DNA of 64,000 nt from IMG/VR virus record IMGVR_UViG_3300009177_000029, positions 41,064 to 105,063 of that record. One strand, written 5' to 3'. Origin of the DNA: a virus (Duplodnaviria; Heunggongvirae; Uroviricota; Caudoviricetes). This document shows, piece by piece, positions 10,801 to 19,667 of this stretch. A program made the translations under genes and the position numbers. Within the stretch, counting starts at the first letter, position 1, and the number at the start of each line of letters is the position of its first letter. The notes under the pieces were generated by a model, which was not told the DNA's origin, ran no database searches, and saw only the letters and a program-made list of their open reading frames with translations.

Positions 10801-11567
10801 AAGTTTCCACTCAAGCCAAGCAATCCGTTCGCACGGTCAATCGAAGAAACCGTACGTGCTTCTGGGGCCGTGCCACCGAAGTCAACAGTGACGTTGAATG
10901 GCAAGGTCGCTGGGAATACGCGGTTGTCTACTACACGGATCGTACTTGCACCAACAGCCGAATCTACTTCCATGACAGAAGCTGCCGTTACTAGTGCCAA
11001 GCCTGGGTTAGAACCACCCGAGACGATACGGTTAGAACCGTCCGTACGGAACACGCCTACCGGAACTCGAATAGAGTTTGGGTTGGACGTCTGTTCAAAC
11101 GACGTCGTAGACACAGGGTTGACGATGCGCCAGTCCGGAGCTAGTCGCGTAGCAACGTTCAAACCAAACTCAGAACCATCAGGTTCTGGTGCAGTGTTAG
11201 GGATGGTTGGATCCCAGAAGAAACGAGAGTCAGTGTCCGAGTCGTTTTGGATGAACTCGATTTCGACGTAGAAGTTGAGGCCAGTGCCAAGCAACGTGAT
11301 GGAACGTGAATCGTTTGGTGTCTGCTCGTTGTTGGTGATCTGTCCAGAGCGGTCGGCTGCGTTACCGTTGTACACGGTAATCATACCTGGGTTAGCTGTC
11401 TGGTCCTCAATCTGTACACGGAAGCCGTCAAGAATACGAGAACGACGGTCTAGCCATTCACGCTCAAGCTCAAACTTCTGTGCCTCTTGCGTGTAGGTAT
11501 TCGCACCCTGTACGTAGTCTACAAGATCAATGCGTTCACCAGAATGTACCTTGAGACTCTCGGGCAT
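7857..11567 (-). CDS. Tail fibre/tailspike with right-handed beta-helix (depolymerase-like)
   Basis: 1236 aa; LTAAVAALPASGGTIFVKAGTY cap followed by repeated ISDN/ITGN/IxxN parallel beta-helix turns. Confidence 0.8.
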   Translation of the reverse strand: MPESLKVHSGERIDLVDYVQGANTYTQEAQKFELEREWLDRRSRILDGFRVQIEDQTANPGMITVYNGNAADRSGQITNNEQTPNDSRSITLLGTGLNFYVEIEFIQNDSDTDSRFFWDPTIPNTAPEPDGSEFGLNVATRLAPDWRIVNPVSTTSFEQTSNPNSIRVPVGVFRTDGSNRIVSGGSNPGLALVTAASVMEVDSAVGASTIRVVDNRVFPATLPFNVTVDFGGTAPEARTVSSIDRANGLLGLSGNLGSPHKAGAIVRVTSGTAMLVRERTDPSDPAQDSLLATPGHPDPAQRLWQANETRGSALTMSKEVFGARDDLNIRSLKDQIDALSAQIRELKFGSMRPDVVAAAPPIAFASRPRWFDQAGGVQGARSNSVSIGNGATSFGDFNVTAFSDASAMLTAAVAALPASGGTIFVKAGTYSFPTTVAIAKSVTFIGENFATTVFSSTNTTGAAISTTATLRFTNIAYQRAGGAAVNILDVSAATNVQFDYCAFTGQVRLVNVNAGVSASSSTFVGSSGASIIIGSTITSTLTNSRFNKCLISTTGFFIASSVNDVVIDECFGACLAPYALADGSVTRLVITNNQMSITSVTAVGAGVTGAVSGVVAQNNRFTLPAVTGNAYVFGFWNTAAGTNRVHITENYFNYTGGTTAAGFTNMLLWLKSTQAASDIVVDDNTIDCNVGSFIVGAQLDQHSLTKASWSRNYCTRMQEMVRVGGPVGGMLSCDLEIKSNVFAESAEHDNVYGIRLLNDPGINRLIIRDNMFTNLGASSGIGIRVAIELTNAFSSFFGGKYDVSGNTCFAINAGDDEGSFVRFVPGSSNNQDQFIISDNFAEGIASPTVASGIYMNPGGTNVANVKIKGNRLDSIGDTGSTAAAYGIFVANQNNITSRAPSVSISDNDVFGVFAAPTGIASGIEVQNCGPARITQNIVSGVECSFGTILQSGAGIRFQNATTNSKGLVITDNIVDQAIAATQSNAFHCIVVAAPSVGLNGYIIERNHCRSSTGGGQTIALNGVGGAIDGSVSENVIVWRSTTASAVAMSLELGNGSLNTKVHGNVIQETTYSANDITHIGISVFCQTAVARCVSICDNMLSGVKTGALLANNPNRIGIRVRGAIASTVCSNNLVDWNSVGVIEGRGIVYKDDLVGGTWDQHVITGNLVTGDGSTLSGGELDFDTTNYRYGYVIGNNVGTAVAAGTIVPAVGSIGATTWDYGTGAGAGAYGGLNKLQ

Positions 11568-11568
11568 A

Positions 11569-14472
11569 TTACCTCTTCGAAATAAACGTGACTTCTACGC
11601 CAGCAGCGCGCACCAAGTCAATGATATACTGCACTCGGTCCTGCACAGTCACAGGGAGTCTGAGTGGGAAGTCGAAGCCATCTCTTCGTGGGTATCCCGT
11701 ACCAACCGATGGTGACAAAGCTTCCATTTCATAGTGCGTGTGTTCGATTTGCAAGTACGGGATGAAATCAAGAACAGCACCAACCCTAGTAGTATAGCTG
11801 ATGTTTTCCTCTGGTCCAGGCGTAAACTCTACGCTTCGCTGGTTACTGTGGGAGAATACCGCACCATGTGAGAATGTCAACACATTTGTGCCCGTGTTGT
11901 TATTCGTAACGTGTAGTCTCTCTGCGAGCAATGGACCAGCACCAACATCCAACGTGATCACGTATGGATAGCCGCTGGTTGGGAAACGCGCTGTGCTTGC
12001 AAGAGTCGCAGTTGTATCCCCAGCCGACACTGCTGCCGCAAGCTGCCCACGTGCCTTCACAACGCCCGTTCCAAAGTTGAACGTGCCGTTAGCTGCCGTA
12101 GGTGACCAATCGGTTCCACCGAGGTTTAGAGTCGCCTGCGTGTACAACGGACGTACAGTGTCTGCACCACCAACCTGGATCTCGGGAGCATACAGACCGA
12201 ACCTGTCTAGGTATCTTACGTTGCCCATGTGGTCATCGCCGCCAGCAGGACTGACGCGAATGAGGTCCGCCAAAAGAACTACACGAGAACCAATCGCGTG
12301 GCTGTTCACCGCAGGCACAGACAAGTTCAATGTAGTACCAGCAGACGTGCTTACCACTTCCAACACTTCGGCAGTTCCAGTGAATGGTTCAATCACCACA
12401 CGATATGGACCACCATTTGGGAACTGGTTTGCTGGACCGGATGGACCCGCCAAGCTAGTCATGACCACAGCCATGTCACCTGGATTTACCAACGCAGTAG
12501 TAACCTCGTACGTGCGTGAACGCAACGAGAGCTGCTGCACTGCAAGGGTTTCTACGTTGCCAGAGTTCTCACCCATAAGCACATCGTAAGGAACCGTAGT
12601 TGGGAACGATGAAGCGTCGTCCACCTCAAACACAGTGGCGTTGATGAGTCGGTCCACCGCTAGGTTTGCTGGGCCAGACACAGTGATGGTTAGGCCGTTG
12701 CCTGGGGTAGTTTCCTTCTTATGTGTCTCTGCAAACAAGTCCCATACATATGGACCCGGCCACACGTCGTCTACGTTCCAGATATCACCAGAATCGTAGT
12801 TGCCGTAGTTCGCAACAGTGTCTGACACTGCGACCGGAGCAGTCAAACCCTTGGCAAGACGAATACGCTTTTCGTCGCGAACGATGTCCGTTACACGCAC
12901 AGCCGCAGCAAGAGGAGGCACTGTGAACTCTGCATCACCAGTCACGGTGTACAACATCGTTGTACCAAGGATGTTGATGGTGCCAGTTGGGAAGAACTGC
13001 GAGGTATCCAACACAGGCAAGACAGTACCACCGATTGGCACGTCTGCGGTCAAGCGTGTGGTTGGGTTGTAGTATGCGTAACGTACTGCACCCGCCACCT
13101 CAGTTACACCAATAAAGCTGAGGCTTTGCGTAGACGTTACGGAAATATCTGTGTCTCCGATGTTTCGGATAGCATCAGCAGTTGGTGGAGGCGGTAGAAG
13201 CCCGGTACCAAACGTCTCACGAATGTACGAAGCCGAGCGCAAGTCATTACGCAAGAACTCGATAGGCAACAAGATTTCAACATGATGCGGGTCTGTCTGG
13301 AACACATCCCATGCCACACCCTTGACTTGTACTTGCGCGATTGCTGCCGTCATCGTTGGTGTAAGCAACGAGAACTCAACATTCTTTGGAAAGCGCATCA
13401 AATCCGGCAGTTCTCTCTTGAGAAGCACAGAGTGGTCGGTCTCAGACGCGCGAATGTACTGGAAGTTGCCCAACACAGTGAATGTGTCGCCCGCTACCGG
13501 AGGTACTGCCAACGTATTGCCAAACGTGAACACCGTGGTCGTGTTGTCTTCAATATACGCAATGACGTTGGTGAGCGCCGTCGTCACATCACCATTGAAA
13601 CGAATCCAGAATCCACCGTAGCGGTCCGCACTGATTGGTCCAGCTACCGAAACAGAAGTGGTTGTGCCCGCAGTAGCGGTGAACACAGTAGACAAGTCAC
13701 CACTCTGAATCCAGCCGCCCTCGATGAGCATCTGGTCCACGTCTTGCATCGTCACGTAAAACGTATTGATCTGTGACGCCAAACCATCCTGCTTGACCTG
13801 AATGCCAGCAACTGCCGTCGCACCAGTACCGCCCTTGGAGGAAGCTGGGATGGTCAACTTACGTGCGTCCAAACCTACAGCGGTGATTGGACCCGCCGTT
13901 TCGTACGCCGTTCCACGACCCAAGTTGAGTGTGTACTGTGTGCCAGGATTTGGGAAGCCATTTGCGTCAAATACGTTCACATGGGTTGCACCAATCGTGA
14001 AGTCCGAAATGACGCCACTCTCCCACTCGGTACCAACCGCAGTGTGGTTCTGGGTGAGTGGGTCCTTGAAATACACTGTGTTTGTGTAGCGGTCGATGAA
14101 AATGTAGTCCGCGGTCTCTTCCGTTGGAAGACCTTCGTCAATAACCATCGTACCAACCTGAGGGAACTGTGCCGTGCCTACAAGCTGTGCGTGAACTGCA
14201 CCAGCGAGAACATCCGCAGAGAAGGCACCACACTGTGTCACCTTCGGTCCAAGGATGATCTCAAGAACCGCCTCGAACTTTGTCTTGATCTGCTTGTACT
14301 GTAGAGCAATCACACGAGCAATAGCACGCCACTGTGCATCCGAGAACCCGAACGGTGGACGCTGCAAACCAAGGTTCGCCGTTACCACGTTGAGGTACTT
14401 ACCGTCAGCGTAGTCCAAGCTCATTTGATCGCGTACTTCCGCGATATCGCTCTGTGTAGAAATGATTGACAT
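11569..14472 (-). CDS. Large baseplate wedge-associated protein
   Basis: 967 aa directly downstream of baseplate J; repeated DTSxFPxxG modules. Confidence 0.65.
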   Translation of the reverse strand: MSIISTQSDIAEVRDQMSLDYADGKYLNVVTANLGLQRPPFGFSDAQWRAIARVIALQYKQIKTKFEAVLEIILGPKVTQCGAFSADVLAGAVHAQLVGTAQFPQVGTMVIDEGLPTEETADYIFIDRYTNTVYFKDPLTQNHTAVGTEWESGVISDFTIGATHVNVFDANGFPNPGTQYTLNLGRGTAYETAGPITAVGLDARKLTIPASSKGGTGATAVAGIQVKQDGLASQINTFYVTMQDVDQMLIEGGWIQSGDLSTVFTATAGTTTSVSVAGPISADRYGGFWIRFNGDVTTALTNVIAYIEDNTTTVFTFGNTLAVPPVAGDTFTVLGNFQYIRASETDHSVLLKRELPDLMRFPKNVEFSLLTPTMTAAIAQVQVKGVAWDVFQTDPHHVEILLPIEFLRNDLRSASYIRETFGTGLLPPPPTADAIRNIGDTDISVTSTQSLSFIGVTEVAGAVRYAYYNPTTRLTADVPIGGTVLPVLDTSQFFPTGTINILGTTMLYTVTGDAEFTVPPLAAAVRVTDIVRDEKRIRLAKGLTAPVAVSDTVANYGNYDSGDIWNVDDVWPGPYVWDLFAETHKKETTPGNGLTITVSGPANLAVDRLINATVFEVDDASSFPTTVPYDVLMGENSGNVETLAVQQLSLRSRTYEVTTALVNPGDMAVVMTSLAGPSGPANQFPNGGPYRVVIEPFTGTAEVLEVVSTSAGTTLNLSVPAVNSHAIGSRVVLLADLIRVSPAGGDDHMGNVRYLDRFGLYAPEIQVGGADTVRPLYTQATLNLGGTDWSPTAANGTFNFGTGVVKARGQLAAAVSAGDTTATLASTARFPTSGYPYVITLDVGAGPLLAERLHVTNNNTGTNVLTFSHGAVFSHSNQRSVEFTPGPEENISYTTRVGAVLDFIPYLQIEHTHYEMEALSPSVGTGYPRRDGFDFPLRLPVTVQDRVQYIIDLVRAAGVEVTFISKR

Positions 14473-16331
14473 CAGATGACCTGGACGAGAGAGTTACCCG
14501 AAGCATCGAATGGGATTGGGAGTTCACTCTCAAGAACTACCACGTTCGATGTTGGGGTTACGATACGAATGTCAGCTACGCCGTTGATACGCAACGCCGC
14601 TTCGACAATCTTGGAAATGATTACATCCTGGCCGATACGCAACGACGAGATGTAAGACTCGATAGAAGACTGGACCAACGGTGCCAAGTCTGCTTCGGTA
14701 AACCCGTCTGCTGCCGTGAGGCTGGCGATGACTGTGATGCGCTTGATGATGGGCTGTTCCACAGAGAGGAAGATTCCGGCTGCCTTTACACCAGGGAAGT
14801 TGACTGGATCATTTACGTCACCTTCCATGACCTTCTGTACTTGAGCAATCAAGTTGGTGTAGTAAGTGTAGTGAGCTACTAGTTGAGTTCCTACAACTAC
14901 TCCACCTACGTCAACCAACTGGAACTCACCAGTGCCGCGGTTGATGATGTAGTCTACACCACGCGACAAAAGTGTCCAGGTCCCAGACGGCGACTTCACG
15001 AAAATGCGTTCGCTGTTACGAACAACAGGGAAGTTCGTCATCTTGAAGTGACGCTGAGTAGCCTCAGCAGATGCGGAGATTACATCCACGAAATCGATGA
15101 TAGAACCGTTCATGTGCGCGGTTGCAGTACCGGACACGAGCGCAAGTACCGTGCCAATCTTGGCATTGTACTGTACGAGTTCTGCTGGGTTAGTACCGTC
15201 TGTCTCAATCAAGACAAAGCCAGAGTTTGGCCAGTCAGAGATATCCACAGGGGTCAAGCTTGTGGCACCGGAAAGGACTGCTCCGATTGAGTCGGCCGGT
15301 AGAATCTTGGTTCGTGCGATTGCTCCGGTGCCGTCATCTACGTACAAGAACACTTCATCGTTCACAAAGTCTTCTACGATGTTCGAAGAGATAACACGAT
15401 TCTGTGTGGTTGGGTCGGTGACTCCGATTGCAGAAGACTTGAGCGCAAGAGGCGTGCCACGAGACAAACTCTGCAACTGCTCAAGTGCGCGGCTGCGGTA
15501 CTCCGAGTCTGTTTCACGATCAAGTCCACCGGAAGCTTTGCTGGTGTTGATGAAAGCTGCACCGATGAATGGAGGAGCCGATGGGAACTGATTGATTCTG
15601 CTTGCTCCGCAGTTGCCTGCCGTTCCAGAAGTCGTGCACTTGATGACTACTTCATTCGATTCGTAGTTACCAGAAAGGATGAAGGCCGGTTCGGTCGTCA
15701 CATAGATGCGTGCTGCTTCTGTGACAGTTGGTGGTGCTTGAACTTGCGTGCCAATGTTGATGGAGCGCGACAACGAAGTTGGCGTAGTTGGCGACGTGAG
15801 AGAGCCACCCGTTACGAAGGCAATACGGTCACCGACGAACACGTCGAAAAGCAATGGAGAAGACAGACCCAATGCCATGGTCGTAGTGTTGTTGGTAGCT
15901 ACCTGAATGTTCTGCAAACGCGGAGTTCCCTCTCCGATACGAATCGTGTACGGGAATCCAGACGTTGGGAAGCGAGAGGTGTCAAAGCCAGTGATAGTAC
16001 CGCCACCAGCCGCTACGTCTACTGCTGCCTTGGTACGAATGAGGTTGTTGTCGTAGAACTTGCCGACACCTGTCGCAGTCACTGCTGCACGACGAGTGAT
16101 ACCAAAGTCAGCAAGACGACGATCCAAGTCTTCGCCCGCAGCAATAGTGAACGAGAACAGATCCAGGATCTGCACCATCTGGAAATACTGTTCGTCATCT
16201 TCCAATGCCGCAGCTTCTAGGATCGAACGGATAACCGAGCCTACGTTGTAGTCGCTGATGGACGTACGTGACTGCATGTACGCAATCATGTCGTTCAAGA
16301 TCTGCTCAAATGTTCTCGGTGTAAAAGCCAT
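14472..16331 (-). CDS. Baseplate J-like wedge protein
   Basis: RTFEQILNDMI, AGEDLDRRLADFGITRRAA, GGLDRETDSEYRSR, C-terminal LRIGQDVIISKI. Confidence 0.9.
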   Translation of the reverse strand: MAFTPRTFEQILNDMIAYMQSRTSISDYNVGSVIRSILEAAALEDDEQYFQMVQILDLFSFTIAAGEDLDRRLADFGITRRAAVTATGVGKFYDNNLIRTKAAVDVAAGGGTITGFDTSRFPTSGFPYTIRIGEGTPRLQNIQVATNNTTTMALGLSSPLLFDVFVGDRIAFVTGGSLTSPTTPTSLSRSINIGTQVQAPPTVTEAARIYVTTEPAFILSGNYESNEVVIKCTTSGTAGNCGASRINQFPSAPPFIGAAFINTSKASGGLDRETDSEYRSRALEQLQSLSRGTPLALKSSAIGVTDPTTQNRVISSNIVEDFVNDEVFLYVDDGTGAIARTKILPADSIGAVLSGATSLTPVDISDWPNSGFVLIETDGTNPAELVQYNAKIGTVLALVSGTATAHMNGSIIDFVDVISASAEATQRHFKMTNFPVVRNSERIFVKSPSGTWTLLSRGVDYIINRGTGEFQLVDVGGVVVGTQLVAHYTYYTNLIAQVQKVMEGDVNDPVNFPGVKAAGIFLSVEQPIIKRITVIASLTAADGFTEADLAPLVQSSIESYISSLRIGQDVIISKIVEAALRINGVADIRIVTPTSNVVVLESELPIPFDASGNSLVQVI

Positions 16332-16332
16332 G

Positions 16333-18225
16333 TCAGAACCTACGAAGGGCGAGGCTGGTGGACAAGATATCGCTTGAGTTTGCGAGTTCGATATCTACCT
16401 TAGCCGCTAGTTTATCTCCAACCGCAATGAAACGCAAATCCTTTACGTCCTGCACGCGGTTGTCACTCGTGAGTGTGTTGATGGTGTTAATGCGCAGTTC
16501 GTTAAAGGAACTTGGTGTTGCCTTTCTACCGATTGCGAACTTCGCACCGAACTTTGGGTGAGCTGCTAGTTCACCACGTTCCGTCATGAACTTGAGCTTG
16601 ATTGCCTGCTCCACATTCGGAATACCCTGGATGCTAGCCAAGTCACCAATCTGATTGAGAGCAATGTCAGTCAGCTCAGTACCAGAGACCATTGTGGACT
16701 TGAGCATTAGGTCACGACCATATGCCTGCGTTACCGGGTCATCACCATTCTGACCAAGAGTCTCATTCGAAGTTGGGTTCTGAGAACCAACCGTACCACC
16801 AGGTGATCCCTGTCGTGGGAAAAGGATTGTATCACCAGGCATTAGAACGCCTGGACCACCCGTAGCGGAAATGAACGGAGAACGAAGACGGTTCAATGTG
16901 ACAAGGATGCGCCAACGACTTGGGTCACCCAAAAGACGCGTAGCAACATCACGAATGTTTTCTCCTGGACCTACAATCGCAGATCCGACGGTGGACGTAA
17001 GTCCTTCGTAGCCAATGTACGTTGGAGACGACGTAGGTGTACGACGTGCTGTAGTGCTGGTACCTGGCGTTTCGTAAGCTGCGGCATAGCGGCTGATGAG
17101 CAAGTTCGCATCTGTAGTTGTAGACTCAGACGCTGCTGGCTCAGAGAGGATACGTGCACACGTGATTTGTGTACGACGCATGTTGCGGATGATAGGGTCC
17201 TGCACTTCCAACGTGTTCGAAGAAACAAGCTGTGCAATAGCAGTGTCCAGGTTCTGCTGTAGAGACAACACCTGAGTTCTCAAACCACGAACCACACCGT
17301 AGGCGGATGTCTTCACAGCGTTCAAGCCGTTGATCACGTTGATGATGGGCGACAGAACCGTGTTGGAAATGAAGGAAATGTATCCCTGTAGACGATTGAT
17401 TTGTGTCGAAATCGTCTGGAACACGTTGAGGATGTTCTGTCCGTACTCTTGCAAACGGGCCAACATGCGCTGCCTGTTTCGAGCATCTGCCAACGGGTCG
17501 TCCGGGATGGCGTACGTGAAATCAAATCGCGCAAGAGTCTTGAGAGAGATACTGTAGTCGTAGGTGAGTGGAGAGCCTGACGACTGCGAGAGTCTGAAAT
17601 CCTCAGGCTCTACAATCCAGTAGTCGGCGTCCTTGATGTTGCGCCACAACATCACTACACGACCCGAAATCAAATCGTCAGACTTCACGTCTGAGTACAG
17701 ACGGAAGATGTTTCTCAAGAAGATGATGTCGTCGAAACCCGTCTTCTCATCGGCTGGAATACCACGAGTGTTAGTGTTGAGTCCGCTACCGACCAACTGT
17801 GACAACTGCGTTTCTGTCACATTGAGAAGCGGGATTGTTGGCGAGGATGACTTGTTCGGACGCAAGCCGGTCGTACCAGCCACTTTGATGGCCTTGATGA
17901 TAGAGCCATAGCTCTCTACATACTTACCACCGTCCTGAGTCGCCTGAATAGTCGTTGCGAAAGGCTCAGTGATTTCGTGAGTCTTTGGCGGTACGCGGAA
18001 GAAGTATTCAGCGTTTTCAGTGCGCGAGGCTGGGTCCAAACCTGGGTGAGCCAACGTGCTGTCCGCTTCCGTGTCATACAGAAGCAAAGAGTACAGCGAC
18101 TGCACCAGCTCCGTGAGCTGGGCACCCTGTACTGCTTGTGCTCTCTGTTCTGGTGTAACTCGTGTTACTGTGGTGCTGGTATCTACACCTAGAGAGTTAC
18201 GACCAGTGAGTTGACGGTTAGGCAT
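16333..18225 (-). CDS. Baseplate protein with LysM-like and gp25/GPW-like domains
   Basis: VGPGENIRDVATRLLGDPSRWRILVTLN (LysM-like); C-terminal GIPNVEQAIKLKFMTERGELAAHPKFG...DNRVQDV (gp25-like). Confidence 0.72.
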   Translation of the reverse strand: MPNRQLTGRNSLGVDTSTTVTRVTPEQRAQAVQGAQLTELVQSLYSLLLYDTEADSTLAHPGLDPASRTENAEYFFRVPPKTHEITEPFATTIQATQDGGKYVESYGSIIKAIKVAGTTGLRPNKSSSPTIPLLNVTETQLSQLVGSGLNTNTRGIPADEKTGFDDIIFLRNIFRLYSDVKSDDLISGRVVMLWRNIKDADYWIVEPEDFRLSQSSGSPLTYDYSISLKTLARFDFTYAIPDDPLADARNRQRMLARLQEYGQNILNVFQTISTQINRLQGYISFISNTVLSPIINVINGLNAVKTSAYGVVRGLRTQVLSLQQNLDTAIAQLVSSNTLEVQDPIIRNMRRTQITCARILSEPAASESTTTDANLLISRYAAAYETPGTSTTARRTPTSSPTYIGYEGLTSTVGSAIVGPGENIRDVATRLLGDPSRWRILVTLNRLRSPFISATGGPGVLMPGDTILFPRQGSPGGTVGSQNPTSNETLGQNGDDPVTQAYGRDLMLKSTMVSGTELTDIALNQIGDLASIQGIPNVEQAIKLKFMTERGELAAHPKFGAKFAIGRKATPSSFNELRINTINTLTSDNRVQDVKDLRFIAVGDKLAAKVDIELANSSDILSTSLALRRF

Positions 18226-19667
18226 TATCCGACCCTTGTTGTAGGAGACACGGCTGCGGGGATTGCAGCAGCCAATGCGTTCGCTGCGGTGGTAAGTGCT
18301 GCGGCGTATGCAGCTTCAACGGTTGCAAGCGATTGAGCTGCGGCAACTGCGGCAGCGAATGCGGCTACAGCCGCCTGTAGGGCTGTTCCACCGACTGCAC
18401 CACCAAGTGAACCAGTACCGATGTTAACACCGCCTGGTGTCGTGCTAATCGAGCCTGGGCCGCCAGAGACACCGCCAGAGCTGATGCTGAGTTGGGAACC
18501 AGACAGAGAAAGCACACCAGTTGAGCTAACAGTCAGATCCGCCATGCTGTTGATAGTAGCTTGGCCTGTGACCTGTACGTTCAACGTGGTTCGTGCTGTG
18601 ATGGAAGTCTGCCCTGTTACAGTAACATCGAGGTTCTGAGTAACATCCGCGGAGAGACCACCGTCTGTAGACACCGACATGTCACCAGATACGTCCAGCG
18701 TCAAATCCTGTCCAACAGTAAGTGTAGTCTCTTCGTCGCTAGTTAGCAAGATCCTCTTCTTGCTGTTGAGCTTGATTTCGTCAGAGACGGTAAGGAATGC
18801 GCGTTCTTTCGTCAACTTGACGTAGGTATTATCTTTGGTACCATTTGACGTGTTGCTACCACCTGGGTTCGTCTGTGGCAACTGGTCATCTTGGACGTCT
18901 TCGACACCGATACCGTCTTCCTGTTCATTGAAGTCCAACTCAAAGCTTTGTGATGGCTTGACCCAGATTTTGTAAGATCCTCCGTTATCTGCGTCAGTAG
19001 ATCGAGGAAACCTACCTTCTTGTGGGGACAAGTCTGATCCGAACGACAAGTTAGAGTTCGCCCTCGTCGTAGACAGGTAAACGTGACCCTGCTTCGTGAT
19101 TACCCATTCCACGCCATTGATGCGCTGGAAGAAGCGACCATCCTGCAAAAGTGTAGGACTCTGACCTGCGGCGTTTGGATTGCTGTGGCCGCTAGTAAGC
19201 GGATCCATTGGGTTATGTGGATGTGGCCACCAACGCACGATGTACGGCATGTCAATAGAACCACCAAGGAAACCCACGACACACCAGTCTCCATCCAAGT
19301 CATACGGATTGATATGGTTTAGCTGGTTGTTGTAGTTCTCTCCGGTCACCAAAGAACTGCATCCGCGTGGCAAGTTCTCCGCGTAGTTATCCAATCCTGT
19401 GTGACTGTCCGGCGTGATGATAACATTCTGTACGGGGAAATGCGTACCACGACCGTCCTGAATGATCAAAACAGTGCACGTATGCATGTACCCACGACGG
19501 TCTTCACGCTGATACGACGAACGGTTTCTCTCATCGTTTGCAGGCGTTACGTCCAAGACAACACCAAGCATAGTCCTCGTCAGGTTGAGCCCAACGTAGT
19601 CCTGCTGTCTTGCAGTCATGCTTTGCTGCACCGGCAAGCCCGTGCTGTCAATGATGCGGTCGTTCAT
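18225..19667 (-). CDS. Baseplate central spike (gp5/VgrG-like)
   Basis: N-terminal OB-like region (CVVGFLGG), 8-residue beta-helix repeats TLTVGQDL/TLDVSGDM/DVTVTGQT. Confidence 0.72.
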   Translation of the reverse strand: MNDRIIDSTGLPVQQSMTARQQDYVGLNLTRTMLGVVLDVTPANDERNRSSYQREDRRGYMHTCTVLIIQDGRGTHFPVQNVIITPDSHTGLDNYAENLPRGCSSLVTGENYNNQLNHINPYDLDGDWCVVGFLGGSIDMPYIVRWWPHPHNPMDPLTSGHSNPNAAGQSPTLLQDGRFFQRINGVEWVITKQGHVYLSTTRANSNLSFGSDLSPQEGRFPRSTDADNGGSYKIWVKPSQSFELDFNEQEDGIGVEDVQDDQLPQTNPGGSNTSNGTKDNTYVKLTKERAFLTVSDEIKLNSKKRILLTSDEETTLTVGQDLTLDVSGDMSVSTDGGLSADVTQNLDVTVTGQTSITARTTLNVQVTGQATINSMADLTVSSTGVLSLSGSQLSISSGGVSGGPGSISTTPGGVNIGTGSLGGAVGGTALQAAVAAFAAAVAAAQSLATVEAAYAAALTTAANALAAAIPAAVSPTTRVG